Shown: positions 54,742 to 64,000 of the stretch, one piece after another | Position numbering within the stretch: position 1 is the stretch's first letter | How the letters are laid out: the number at the start of each line of letters is the position of its first letter | NCBI GenBank assembly: GCA_016278505.1 | Contig: JADQBQ010000018.1 | Span: forward strand, 4,002 to 68,001 | Direction: 5' to 3' | DNA length: 64,000 nucleotides | Origin: Clostridiales bacterium | Lineage (GTDB): Bacteria > Bacillota > Desulfotomaculia > Desulfotomaculales > VENG01 | Notes under the pieces: model-generated | Seen by the model: only the letters and a program-made list of their open reading frames with translations | Told to the model about the DNA's origin: nothing | The model's database searches: none | Translations under genes and position numbers: made by a program

Positions 54742-55489
54742 TCAGAGCACCACCAAGGTCTCCCCATTCGTATAGCACCAAAGCCAGAGCAGCCAATCCC
54801 GCAGTTTCCGTACGTAAAATGCGGGGACCTAAAGTTACAGGTATAACGCCCTTTCTTTGTGCTTGTTCAAACTCTTCGGGATGGATTCCGCCTTCCGGTC
54901 CAATAAAAATAAATATTTCAGAAGGCACATCTTTTTTATTAAAAATATTACGCATCTTTTGCTCTGTTTCACCCTCGTAAGGCATTACTCCCATTGCCTC
55001 TGCAGGGACGTCATCCAAAGCCTCCCACCAAGTGGTGGGAGTTGCTACACGGGGTACAACAGAACGACGACATTGCTTGGCTGCCTCTACCGCTATGCGC
55101 TGCCAGCGGTCACGCCTTTCCGTCGCCTTTGTGGACGACAACTTAACCACGGACCGCTGACATATTACCGGAATGATGGCTGTAGCGCCAAGTTCTGTAC
55201 CTTTTTGCATAACCAAGTCCATTTTTTCACCCTTGGAGATGCCCTGCACCAAAGTTACCCTTATGGGTGGTTCTCCTCCGGCCTGCCCCTGTTCCAAAAC
55301 CTCACAGCTTACTTTACCCTTTGTAACACTCTCGATGCGGGCTTCGTATGCTTTTCCGTCACCATCTAATACTGTAATTATATCCCCGGTACCCATTCGC
55401 AATACCTTGGAAATATGACGAACATCCGGCCCGGAAATTGTAATATGGCCTGACTTTACTTGTTCGGGCGACACAAAGAAACGTGGCAT
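54695..55489 (-). CDS. rsmE: 16S rRNA (uracil1498-N3)-methyltransferase RsmE
   Basis: MPRFFVSPEQV start (ATG 55489). IGPEGG motif. Confidence 0.85.
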   Translation of the reverse strand: MPRFFVSPEQVKSGHITISGPDVRHISKVLRMGTGDIITVLDGDGKAYEARIESVTKGKVSCEVLEQGQAGGEPPIRVTLVQGISKGEKMDLVMQKGTELGATAIIPVICQRSVVKLSSTKATERRDRWQRIAVEAAKQCRRSVVPRVATPTTWWEALDDVPAEAMGVMPYEGETEQKMRNIFNKKDVPSEIFIFIGPEGGIHPEEFEQAQRKGVIPVTLGPRILRTETAGLAALALVLYEWGDLGGALNEKKDRSLHYAGVQG

Positions 55490-55541
55490 GAATCGGCCCT
55501 CCAAAAGAAGCAAAATTTTTACATTGAGACCTTACAAGCCT

Positions 55542-56456
55542 TTACGGGTACACTGCTACCAAAGCAACCCATTCACCCTGGTGGCGCAATTCCTTAATTA
55601 GAAAACCCATTTTCTCTAAAACACCACGAACCTCCGGCAGCCGTTCCTTGATAATCCCCGAAGCGATGAAATAACCTCCGGACCTTAAAACTTTAGCGGC
55701 ATCAGGGGCAAGTTCTATAATTACAGACGACAGTATGTTAGCAACAACAATGTCATACCTACCCTCTACATTATCCAACAAGTTGCCTTCCTTAACCCTT
55801 ACCGTTGAAGAAACACCGTTACGCCCGGTATTCTCTGTGGCCATTTGTACGGCCACTTTATCCATGTCCAGAGCCAAAACCCTTGCCGATCCCAAAAGGG
55901 CAGCCGTAACCGCCAAGATACCGGAACCGGTACCAACATCTATAACAGAATCACCGGCAGCCACATATTCTTCTATTAATTCAAGACACATAGCAGTGGT
56001 GGGATGGGTACCGGTGCCAAACGCCTGACCGGGATCCATTTGAATAATAATCTCATCTTCCTGCGTACTGTATTCTTCCCATTCCGGTTTCACAACCAAT
56101 TTATTTCCAATTTTAACAGGTTTATAGTATATTTTCCAGGCATCCTGCCACTCTTTTTCTTCCATTTCCCGGGTTTCGACCTTAATAATTGGTAAAGACA
56201 TTGATTCCAATATTTCTGCCAACTTTTGCAGCTGTTTTTCTTGTGTTTCCCATGGGAAATAAGCCTTTACCACTGCCGGTGCCCCGTCCGGGGGAATAAT
56301 ATCCGGTCTGATCTCGGGCTCGGTGGCAGATAAACTACGCAGCGCCCCCGGATCATCAATGGCAATGCCATTTACCCCTGTTTCTCTCAGTGCATAACTG
56401 AGAGATTCAATCCACTCTTCAGGTATAGAAACTGCAACTTCCACCCATTTTGGCAT
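55542..56456 (-). CDS. prmA: Ribosomal protein L11 methyltransferase
   Basis: MPKWVEVAV start (ATG 56456). DVGTGSGILA SAM motif. Confidence 0.9.
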   Translation of the reverse strand: MPKWVEVAVSIPEEWIESLSYALRETGVNGIAIDDPGALRSLSATEPEIRPDIIPPDGAPAVVKAYFPWETQEKQLQKLAEILESMSLPIIKVETREMEEKEWQDAWKIYYKPVKIGNKLVVKPEWEEYSTQEDEIIIQMDPGQAFGTGTHPTTAMCLELIEEYVAAGDSVIDVGTGSGILAVTAALLGSARVLALDMDKVAVQMATENTGRNGVSSTVRVKEGNLLDNVEGRYDIVVANILSSVIIELAPDAAKVLRSGGYFIASGIIKERLPEVRGVLEKMGFLIKELRHQGEWVALVAVYP

Positions 56457-56523
56457 GTGATTCCCTTCTTCACAACTAATTGCCCTCAACTAATTTCTTA
56501 ACATCGCTTTTTTGCGCGCCCGC

Positions 56524-57642
56524 CTATCCCATAAAAGCGTCGCGCACTTTTCCGAAAAAACCCTTTTCTTCCTCTCTGGTTTGTTCACCCAGACTGCGTC
56601 CCAATTCTTTTAACAGCTCACGCTGCTCATCGGTGAGCTTGGTAGGTGTAAATACCTTTACCCTTATATGCTGGTCTCCTCTGCCATACCCATTTACATC
56701 GGGGATTCCATGGCCCCGCAGCCGGAAAACCGTTCCGGTTTGAGTCCCTTCCGGAATTTTCAAAGAGGCTTTGCTTTCCAAAGTAGCAACATCAACTTCG
56801 TCTCCCAGGGCTGCCTGCACAAAAGAAATGGGTATTTCACATACAACGTCGTTTCCATCCCGCCTGAAGAATTTATGCGGTCTGACCCTGATATAGACGT
56901 ACAGATCTCCTCTGGGACCGCCCCGCGCCCCGGCCTCTCCTTCTCCGGATACCCGCAGGCGGGAGCCATTATCAACACCGGCAGGAATCTTAATATGGAT
57001 ATTTCTGTTACGCCTCACCTGACCCGAACCATGGCAAGTAGGACATGGTTTTTCTATAATGGTACCTTTCCCATGACAGCGATCACAGGTGCGTGACTGT
57101 ACCACCCGGCCAAAAGGTGTATTTTGAGCAAACTGCATCTGACCGGTACCGCCGCACTGCACACACGGATGGGACTTAGTGCCGGGTGCCGCACCATCAC
57201 CACCGCAGGTACCGCAATCTTCCACCCGCGGCACTTTTATATCCTTTTCCAAACCGAACGCGGCCTCTTCAAAGGAAAGTTCCATATCCACCCTAACATC
57301 AGAGCCCCGCTGCGGACCATGCCTTTGTCTTCCGCCACCGCCACCGAAAAACATATCAAAAATATCGCCGAGGCCTCCGAAGTCCGATCCGCCAAAACCT
57401 TCAAACCCACCCTGCCCGTCGGTTGCGGCATGGCCAAAACGGTCATAAGCGGCCCGCTTATCATCTTCCATTAATACATCATAAGCTTCAGTGGCTTCGG
57501 AAAATTTCTTAGCCGCCTGCTCATCATCCGGATTAGCATCGGGGTGATACTTACGGGCCAGTTTCCGATATGCCTTTTTTACCTCATCCTTGGAAGCATC
57601 TCGGGATATACCGAGCACCTCGTAGTAATCACGTTTGGCCAT
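56524..57642 (-). CDS. dnaJ: Molecular chaperone DnaJ
   Basis: J domain with HPD, G/F region, four CxxCxGxG zinc motifs. Confidence 0.95.
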   Translation of the reverse strand: MAKRDYYEVLGISRDASKDEVKKAYRKLARKYHPDANPDDEQAAKKFSEATEAYDVLMEDDKRAAYDRFGHAATDGQGGFEGFGGSDFGGLGDIFDMFFGGGGGRQRHGPQRGSDVRVDMELSFEEAAFGLEKDIKVPRVEDCGTCGGDGAAPGTKSHPCVQCGGTGQMQFAQNTPFGRVVQSRTCDRCHGKGTIIEKPCPTCHGSGQVRRNRNIHIKIPAGVDNGSRLRVSGEGEAGARGGPRGDLYVYIRVRPHKFFRRDGNDVVCEIPISFVQAALGDEVDVATLESKASLKIPEGTQTGTVFRLRGHGIPDVNGYGRGDQHIRVKVFTPTKLTDEQRELLKELGRSLGEQTREEEKGFFGKVRDAFMG

Positions 57643-57675
57643 AGTTTCACCACCTTTTTCATTCTAAACACCATT

Positions 57676-57720
57676 AGGAGGGCGAAAGTCCGCAAAAAAC
57701 CGGAAATCCAACGCCCTCCT
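57676..57720 (-). terminator. Hairpin (attenuator or partial terminator) between dnaK and dnaJ
   Basis: AGGAGGGCG ... CGCCCTCCT 9-bp stem with a large loop. Confidence 0.35.
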
Positions 57721-57813
57721 TAAATAGGCATTCTCAAATAGGTATTCTTAAATACTGGCTCTAATCATTTCAATACCGTACATTGCTATTCTACGTAAGG
57801 GTTAAAAATCCTG

Positions 57814-59649
57814 TTACTTATCCTTTTTATCTTCATCGTCTTTAACCTCATAATCCGCATCTACAACGTTTTCATCAGCTTCATTTCCCTGGCCGGCCGC
57901 ATCTTCACCCTGCTGCTCCTGCTGCTGGTAAAGTTCTGCCGTAAGCTCATACAGCGGTCCGGTCAAGTTCTCTGTCTTTGCCTTAATATTCTCTAAATCG
58001 TCACCTTTTATAGCTTCCTGCAGTTCTTCCTTGGCCTTTTCAACCGTTTCCACCTTGGCCGGATCAAGTTTATCCTTATTATCCTTGATGGTCTTTTCAG
58101 CCTGGTAAATCATACTGTCAGCCTGATTGACCAATTCCACCTTCTCCTTGCGTTTTTGGTCTTCCTCTGCATTCTTTTCAGCATCCTTGACCAGGCGATC
58201 GATTTCATCGTCGCTGAGCCCGGTACCTCCTTGGATGGTTATACTTTCCGCCTTACCCGTACCCTTATCCTTGGCTGACACATTGACAATGCCATTAGCA
58301 TCTATATCAAAGGTAACCTCTATTTGTGGCACTCCCCGGGGGGCGGGCGGAATACCGGTCAACTGGAACCTGTCCAGGGTTTTATTGTCCGCCGCCATAG
58401 GGCGCTCACCCTGCAGAACGTGAATTTCAACCGTCGTCTGCCCGTCTGCGGCGGTGGAAAACACCTGACTTTTGGAAGTGGGTATAGTGGTATTGCGCTC
58501 GATTAGCTGGGTAGATACACCGCCCAGCGTTTCAATTCCCAGAGACAAAGGTGTAACATCCAAAAGCAGTACATCCTTAACCTCTCCGGCCAATACACCG
58601 GCCTGAATGGCCGCTCCTATAGCTACACACTCATCAGGGTTAATACCCTTATGAGGATCTTTACCCAGATACTTTTTAATTGCCTCTTGTACTGACGGTA
58701 TACGGGTGGACCCACCAACCAACAATATTTTATTTATATCTTTGGGCTCAAATCCCGCATCTTTCATGGCCTGCCTGGTAGGAACCATTGTCTTTTCAAT
58801 TAGATCCGACGTCAATTCATCAAATTTAGCCCTGGTTAAGTTTACATCTAAATGTTTTGGACCCTCAGCATCAGCGGTAATAAAGGGTAGGTTAACATTT
58901 GTGGTGGCAACTCCACTCAGCTCAACCTTGGCCTTTTCTGCCGCTTCATTTACCCTTTGCATGGCCATGCGGTCTTTACTGAGGTCAACACCCGTATCCT
59001 TCTTAAATTCACTTACCAGGTAATCCATAACCCGTTGGTCAAAATCGTCACCGCCCAAGCGATTGTTACCACTGGTGGCTTTAACTTCAAAAACACCTTC
59101 GCCTAATTCCAAGATAGATACATCGAAAGTACCTCCACCCAGGTCAAAAACCAGTATGGTCTGGTCATCTTGCTTGTCAAGCCCATAGGCCAGTGCGGCC
59201 GCGGTGGGCTCGTTGATAATCCTTGATACTTCCAAACCGGCAATTTTACCGGCATCCTTTGTAGCCTGGCGCTGGGAATCGGTAAAATAGGCAGGAACTG
59301 TGATCACTGCCTGCTCAACTTTTTCACCCAGGTAAGCTTCAGCATCGGTTTTTAGCTTCTGCAAAATCATGGCTGAAATTTCTTCCGGGGTATATGCTTT
59401 GCCATCTATGTTCTCTTTATGTTTTGAGCCCATATGCCTTTTGATAGAATGTACGGTTTTTTCCGGATTACTAATTGCCTGACGTTTAGCCACCTGCCCT
59501 ACCAGGCGTTCCCCCGTCTTGGAAAAACCGACAACAGAAGGAGTAGTACGTCCCCCTTCGGCATTTGGAATAACTGTAGGCTCGCCACCTTCCATAACTG
59601 CCATACATGAGTTGGTTGTTCCTAAATCAATTCCTATTACTTTCCCCAT
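57814..59649 (-). CDS. dnaK: Molecular chaperone DnaK
   Basis: 611 aa. GIDLGTTNS and DLGGGTFD motifs. Confidence 0.97.
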   Translation of the reverse strand: MGKVIGIDLGTTNSCMAVMEGGEPTVIPNAEGGRTTPSVVGFSKTGERLVGQVAKRQAISNPEKTVHSIKRHMGSKHKENIDGKAYTPEEISAMILQKLKTDAEAYLGEKVEQAVITVPAYFTDSQRQATKDAGKIAGLEVSRIINEPTAAALAYGLDKQDDQTILVFDLGGGTFDVSILELGEGVFEVKATSGNNRLGGDDFDQRVMDYLVSEFKKDTGVDLSKDRMAMQRVNEAAEKAKVELSGVATTNVNLPFITADAEGPKHLDVNLTRAKFDELTSDLIEKTMVPTRQAMKDAGFEPKDINKILLVGGSTRIPSVQEAIKKYLGKDPHKGINPDECVAIGAAIQAGVLAGEVKDVLLLDVTPLSLGIETLGGVSTQLIERNTTIPTSKSQVFSTAADGQTTVEIHVLQGERPMAADNKTLDRFQLTGIPPAPRGVPQIEVTFDIDANGIVNVSAKDKGTGKAESITIQGGTGLSDDEIDRLVKDAEKNAEEDQKRKEKVELVNQADSMIYQAEKTIKDNKDKLDPAKVETVEKAKEELQEAIKGDDLENIKAKTENLTGPLYELTAELYQQQEQQGEDAAGQGNEADENVVDADYEVKDDEDKKDK

Positions 59650-59689
59650 TTGCTAGTGCCTCCTTATCCATAAAAATGTTATTTTCTTT

Positions 59690-60280
59690 CTATGAAGAGC
59701 GGGCCACTTTTACCATGGCCGGCCTGATTATCTTATCTTTAAACATATAACCCCGCTGCATTTCCTCAATAACTGTATTATCCGGATACTCATCTGTTTC
59801 TTCCTGCATTACGGCCTCGTGTTTATTAGGATCAAATTCCTCACCTTTAGCGTCTATCACCTCCAGCCCCTCATTTTCCAGGACCTCATACAACTGGCGG
59901 TAAATCATCTGGATTCCTTCTAAAAACTTCTCTCCATCTCCCGGCGTGGCATCCAGTGCACGCCCAAAATTGTCCAGTACAGGCAAAAGCTGTGATAATA
60001 ACGGTTCTGACGCGTACTTCCAGAACTCATCCTTTTCCTTTTGATTTCTTTTGCGAAAATTATCAAAATCAGCCTGCGCCCGAATAAGCCGGGTATAGTG
60101 TTCATTCGACTGGGCCTTTTCCCGGGCCAGTTCTTGTTTAAGCTTTGCTATTTCCTTCGCAGCGTCTTCTTCCCCCAGAAGAACCTCAGCCGTTTCCTCG
60201 CTGCAATCCGGTGCAGAGACGTTTTCTTCTGCCGGGCTTACCTCCGGATTCTCCATCTTTTCAAACTGCTTCTCATCCAC
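59690..60280 (-). CDS. grpE: Nucleotide exchange factor GrpE
   Basis: 196 aa. Coiled-coil plus C-terminal beta domain (RGYMFKDKIIRPAMVKV). Confidence 0.9.
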   Translation of the reverse strand: MDEKQFEKMENPEVSPAEENVSAPDCSEETAEVLLGEEDAAKEIAKLKQELAREKAQSNEHYTRLIRAQADFDNFRKRNQKEKDEFWKYASEPLLSQLLPVLDNFGRALDATPGDGEKFLEGIQMIYRQLYEVLENEGLEVIDAKGEEFDPNKHEAVMQEETDEYPDNTVIEEMQRGYMFKDKIIRPAMVKVARSS

Positions 60281-60317
60281 TACACATCACCTCTTTGTAA
60301 CAAATACAATTTTTCTA

Positions 60318-61895
60318 TTATTGGGGTATAATCTTATCGACGTCAACCCTGGCACCTTCCTGTTCTTCTTTTTTCTTAATTATAGTATCTATACGTAAAA
60401 TTGCCTCGGCGATTTCCCCTGCTGCCTTAAATGCATATGTCTTTACCGGAGCAGGATCAATGACCCCAAGCCGGTACATATCCGATACTGTTCCGCTGTC
60501 ACAATCGATACCCAAAGAATCCAACCCGGCCTCCACCTGGGCAGCTGTAACGTCGCCCATTTTTTCCAGGGGGTTGAATCCGGCATTGGCTACAATTTGG
60601 GACATTGGTCTTTTAAGTGCCTCAATTACACAATCAACGCCAAATACCGTCATACCCTTGAGGCCGGCTTTCTCCCGTTCAATTTCACGGGCCACAGCCA
60701 GTTCCAGCGAACCACCACCAGGAACCACACCCCCTCGTAATGATGCCTGTACGGCAGACGCAGCATCTCTGGCAATACGTTCCCTTTCACCTACCACTTC
60801 CGCGGTAGCGGCGCCTACCAACACAGTAGCCATAGGTTTCCCCTGACCGCCTGTTAACCAAACCTGTTTCAGCTTTTCATCATGGAATACCTTATCTGTA
60901 CGGCCCAAAAAGCCGCATATATCGTTTATACTTCGTTTTAACGCAGTACGTTTAATAATGCGGGCACCGGTATGTTCAGCTGCCCTGTGCAATTCCCTGT
61001 TAGAGACGCGCTCCACGACCATGATGCCGGCATCAGTTAAGATTTCTTCTGCCAAATCATGGACACTGCGGTCAACCAAAACCATACTTACCCCTGCAGA
61101 TGCCAGTTTTTGTAAATTTTGTTTAAAATGTTCCTTGAGTTCCAACGATAGGTTAAAACCTACTTCCGTGGCCAAGGCCTCGGGCTCTATTTCCTCCGGT
61201 TCTAAGGCATCATCGATAACCAGAACACCGGCGTGGTTAAATTTTTTGGGCGTTTGGCGACTTACCGGTTCTTTATTTATAATTACACCGGAGAAAACCT
61301 TATTATCTGATCCCTCTTCAGCTACCACCGTGTCGGAAAATTTAAAATTGGGATCCACAATTTTTTCTTTTCCCACCAGGCGTGCCGCCTCCACAACCAG
61401 ATCTGCAATATCAAGGTAACCTCTCCCTGCTACCAAGGCCACTTGCTTTAACACCGGGTCATCCATATCATCTACAGGGCGCACCCGGGCTTGCATTAAC
61501 CTTAGCCCATGCTGAAACCCAAACCTTAACCCTTCTATGACGCGGGCAACCGGCACCCCTCTCGCTACCTGATCTACCCCCGTGGAAACCATAGTTCCGG
61601 CCATAATCGTGGCCGTTGTAGTTCCATCTCCGATTTCATCCTGTTGAGCCCTGGCCACGTTGATTAGCATACGCGCAGCCGGGTGATTGGCCTCCATCAA
61701 TGTGAGTATGGTTACACCGTCATTGGTAATCACCACATCGCCGTATCTGTCAACCAGCATAGTATCCAAACCCTTAGGTCCCAGAGTACCCTCCACCGAG
61801 GAAGATATAGCCCGCACGGCATTGCTGTTAGTAATTAAAGCGGCCAGCTGCTCATCAACTTCTGACCCCTTATTGGCCTGCTGCTTTAGGCTCAA
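60318..61895 (-). CDS. Archaeal-type (group II/III, thermosome/CCT-like) chaperonin embedded in the dnaK operon
   Basis: 525 aa. LGPKGLDTMLVD, ITNDGVTIL and GDGTTTATIMAG motifs are thermosome/CCT signatures, not GroEL. Located between hrcA and grpE. Confidence 0.85.
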   Translation of the reverse strand: MSLKQQANKGSEVDEQLAALITNSNAVRAISSSVEGTLGPKGLDTMLVDRYGDVVITNDGVTILTLMEANHPAARMLINVARAQQDEIGDGTTTATIMAGTMVSTGVDQVARGVPVARVIEGLRFGFQHGLRLMQARVRPVDDMDDPVLKQVALVAGRGYLDIADLVVEAARLVGKEKIVDPNFKFSDTVVAEEGSDNKVFSGVIINKEPVSRQTPKKFNHAGVLVIDDALEPEEIEPEALATEVGFNLSLELKEHFKQNLQKLASAGVSMVLVDRSVHDLAEEILTDAGIMVVERVSNRELHRAAEHTGARIIKRTALKRSINDICGFLGRTDKVFHDEKLKQVWLTGGQGKPMATVLVGAATAEVVGERERIARDAASAVQASLRGGVVPGGGSLELAVAREIEREKAGLKGMTVFGVDCVIEALKRPMSQIVANAGFNPLEKMGDVTAAQVEAGLDSLGIDCDSGTVSDMYRLGVIDPAPVKTYAFKAAGEIAEAILRIDTIIKKKEEQEGARVDVDKIIPQ

Positions 61896-61908
61896 ATTAA
61901 AATCCTCC

Positions 61909-62955
61909 TTACCTGTTACGTCCCGTAATCAACCTGTGCATTACAAGGGATAAATTTCGAGTCATGTGCTCTACAACAGTCACTACCCGGGTATAATCCA
62001 TCCGGGTCGGGCCAAGCACCCCTATAGATCCCATGGGTTCATCCCCCAGGCCGTAGGTTCCGATAACCAAACTGCATTCCTGCATCTTCTCATTGCTCAA
62101 CTCGCCGCCGATCCGCACCGTAATGCCGCCGGCATCAAAGACTTCGGACATCAACTTATGCAAAAGCTTTTCCTGTTCTAAAAGGCTTAGCAGCGTTTTA
62201 ACCTTTTCCACATTATGAAATTCGGGCTGGTTAAGGATATTAAATACCCCTCCCAGGTAAATCTTATCCTCTGCTTCCAGTGTTAAACCTTCATTGATAA
62301 GGTCCATAGCTTTATTTAAAATTTGTTTCTGTTTGGCAAGTTCAAAATAAATTTCTTTCATTAACGTAAGCCGTATATCTTCCATAGCCCGGCCTTGCAA
62401 TTTACGGTTCAATACGCCGGATATTGTTTCTAAATCTCCTGCGGTGATACTTTCCGGGATGTCTATTATGCGGTGGTGAACAGCACCGGTTTCGGTTACT
62501 ACTACCACCATGGCCTGCCCTTCACTCATTTGTATAAGCTGGATATGTTTAAAAGCTGTTCTGCCCCTCTGAGCGGTCATAACCACCGCGGCATAGTTGG
62601 TCAGCTGGGATAACATATCACCGGTTCCCTGAATGACATGGCCTACATCTTTCAGCTTACTTTCATAACCATTTTTAATGATATCCTCTTCGTCCTTGGT
62701 AAGCTCTCCACGCTGCATCAAATTATCGACATAATAGCGATAGCCCAAGTCCGAAGGAATACGACCGGCGGAAGTATGAGGCTGTTCTATTAAACCCATT
62801 TCCTCCAGGTCTGCCATTTCATTTCTAATGGTAGCAGGGCTAACCCCTAATTTATATTTGCGGGCTATAGTTCTGGAACCAACCGGCTCAGCGGTAGCAA
62901 TAAAGTCCTGAATAATGGCCATTAAAACTTGCTGTTTGCGACCATCCATTTTCAT
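61909..62955 (-). CDS. hrcA: Heat-inducible transcription repressor HrcA
   Basis: MKMDGRKQQVLMAIIQDFIATAEPVGSRTIARK. ATG 62955 lies 8 nt after GGGGG. Confidence 0.95.
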   Translation of the reverse strand: MKMDGRKQQVLMAIIQDFIATAEPVGSRTIARKYKLGVSPATIRNEMADLEEMGLIEQPHTSAGRIPSDLGYRYYVDNLMQRGELTKDEEDIIKNGYESKLKDVGHVIQGTGDMLSQLTNYAAVVMTAQRGRTAFKHIQLIQMSEGQAMVVVVTETGAVHHRIIDIPESITAGDLETISGVLNRKLQGRAMEDIRLTLMKEIYFELAKQKQILNKAMDLINEGLTLEAEDKIYLGGVFNILNQPEFHNVEKVKTLLSLLEQEKLLHKLMSEVFDAGGITVRIGGELSNEKMQECSLVIGTYGLGDEPMGSIGVLGPTRMDYTRVVTVVEHMTRNLSLVMHRLITGRNR

Positions 62956-62972
62956 CCCGCAATACCCCCTTG

Positions 62973-62999
62973 TTAGCACTCACACTACTTGAGTGCTAA
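62973..62999. promoter_or_regulatory. CIRCE operator (HrcA binding site)
   Basis: TTAGCACTC-N9-GAGTGCTAA, a perfect match to the consensus. Confidence 0.9.
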
Positions 63000-63010
63000 A
63001 CCTTAAATAA

Positions 63011-63039
63011 AACATAGCACCGGAACTAACTTTTGTCAA
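63011..63039 (-). promoter_or_regulatory. SigA-type promoter of the hrcA operon
   Basis: Minus strand TTGACA-17 nt-TATGTT immediately upstream of CIRCE. Confidence 0.6.
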
Positions 63040-63077
63040 GCAATTACAGCCAGTAAGAAGCACCTCTTTTCCATAGT

Positions 63078-64000
63078 TTAAGGCAAAAATTCTATAAAGA
63101 CCCTGTTCGCAACGGGCAATCCGCGCCGGGTGAGTCTTAGGTAACCACCGGCAATTTCCACTAACCCCATATCTGTGAGCTTTTGCAATGGCACGGGATA
63201 AACTTCATCAATGGCACACCCAAAGCGCTTCTTGAAACAATCTAAACTTAATCCTTTCAGTAAACGGAGTCCTAGAAAAACTGTTTCCGCCATTTCCGTT
63301 ACAGTATCGATTTTTTCCTTATTAGCCACAGGCAGGCATTCCGCATCAAGGACATTTTTATAAGCAAGTATTTGCTGCTCATTAGCATAACGGTAACCAT
63401 TGATAAAGGAATGTGCCGCCGGTCCGATACCCAGGTATTCTTGGTTGTGCCAGTAAATCAAATTGTGCCTGCACTGTCTTCCTGGAGTGGCAAAGTTTGA
63501 AATCTCGTAGTGATCGAAACCATATTCGCCTAGGAAGTCTCCGGTTTGCAAAAACATTTCCAGCTCTTCTTCTTCGCTACAAGGAGCTAGCGATCCACTT
63601 TGGACATCTTCATAAAGAGGCGTTCCTGCTTCCAACTGAAGACCGTAAGCGGAAACATGATCCGGTTCAAGAGCAATAATATTCTTAAGGGTTTCCATCC
63701 ATTCCAGGGCGGATTGCCCCGGCAGGCCAGATATTAAATCCACACCTATATTATGCAGTCCTGCTTCTCTGGCCATAAGAAATGTCTCCTTGGCCTGTCT
63801 AAAGGAGTGAATTCGCCCCAGCAATCTGAGTTCATCATCGCGGCAGGACTGCACTCCCAAGCTTAATCTGTTAACTCCCGCCGCTTGGACCGATGCCAGA
63901 AGGTGTGGATTGACTGTGCCCGGATTTGCCTCCATAGTTACTTCGGCACCGGTATATACATGGAAATATTTAAAGACGTCATTTATAATTTTTCCCAAAT
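63078..64000 (-). CDS. hemW: Radical SAM heme chaperone HemW / HemN-like protein (5' end outside the window)
   Basis: HemN-family middle and C-terminal regions (NRLSLGVQS, HVSAYGLQ). Upstream of hrcA as in Bacillus. The frame is open to the window edge. Confidence 0.85.
   Translation of the reverse strand, partial: LGKIINDVFKYFHVYTGAEVTMEANPGTVNPHLLASVQAAGVNRLSLGVQSCRDDELRLLGRIHSFRQAKETFLMAREAGLHNIGVDLISGLPGQSALEWMETLKNIIALEPDHVSAYGLQLEAGTPLYEDVQSGSLAPCSEEEELEMFLQTGDFLGEYGFDHYEISNFATPGRQCRHNLIYWHNQEYLGIGPAAHSFINGYRYANEQQILAYKNVLDAECLPVANKEKIDTVTEMAETVFLGLRLLKGLSLDCFKKRFGCAIDEVYPVPLQKLTDMGLVEIAGGYLRLTRRGLPVANRVFIEFLP

Overview
This 64-kb window is chromosomal core DNA from an anaerobic, spore-forming Firmicute, probably a Peptococcaceae/Desulfotomaculum-like organism. 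That assignment is inferred from gene content only. Most genes lie on the minus strand. Their order follows the Bacillus subtilis yqe-yqf region: hemW, hrcA, grpE, dnaK, dnaJ, prmA, rsmE, mtaB, rpsU, nfeD, floA, yqfC, yqfD, phoH, pgpH, ybeY, dgkA, cdd, era, recO, glyQS (with a T-box leader), ccpN, a yqfL-like PDRP, dnaG, sigA, trmK and nif3. Lineage-specific blocks interrupt this backbone:
- An archaeal-type (group II/III) chaperonin sits inside the CIRCE-controlled dnaK operon.
- A selenium block holds a Sec-containing selD, yedF and a small thioredoxin-fold selenoprotein. The ORF track truncated both UGA-containing genes.
- ppdK is fused into the ccpN-PDRP operon.
- ubiX, mgtE and a kamA-like gene lie between recO and era.
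- A 5.7-kb block lies between trmK and sigA. It carries an ABC exporter, DUF421/DUF4363 genes, an orphan betaine-binding protein, a methyltransferase and three tRNAs.
- A decayed accessory patch (about 22.4-26.7 kb) holds several gene fragments around an intact ParE/RelB toxin-antitoxin pair. A degenerate copy of the ppdK 3' end lies 1.7 kb downstream of the real one.

The most unusual signal is a non-coding repeat family with the terminus AACCTGTCT(C/T)TTGCGC, which resembles IS4/IS50-type ends. It has four copies within 14 kb. Two of them form 48-nt near-perfect inverted repeats bracketing the 3.2-kb selD-yedF-lipid kinase block. One full 478-bp element is TIR-bounded and ORF-less, and carries two tandem long-loop hairpin units. 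No transposase, invertase, CRISPR array or recognisable defence system was seen. All calls are from manual reading. Start codons were adjusted from the ORF track where an RBS or homology logic supported it.
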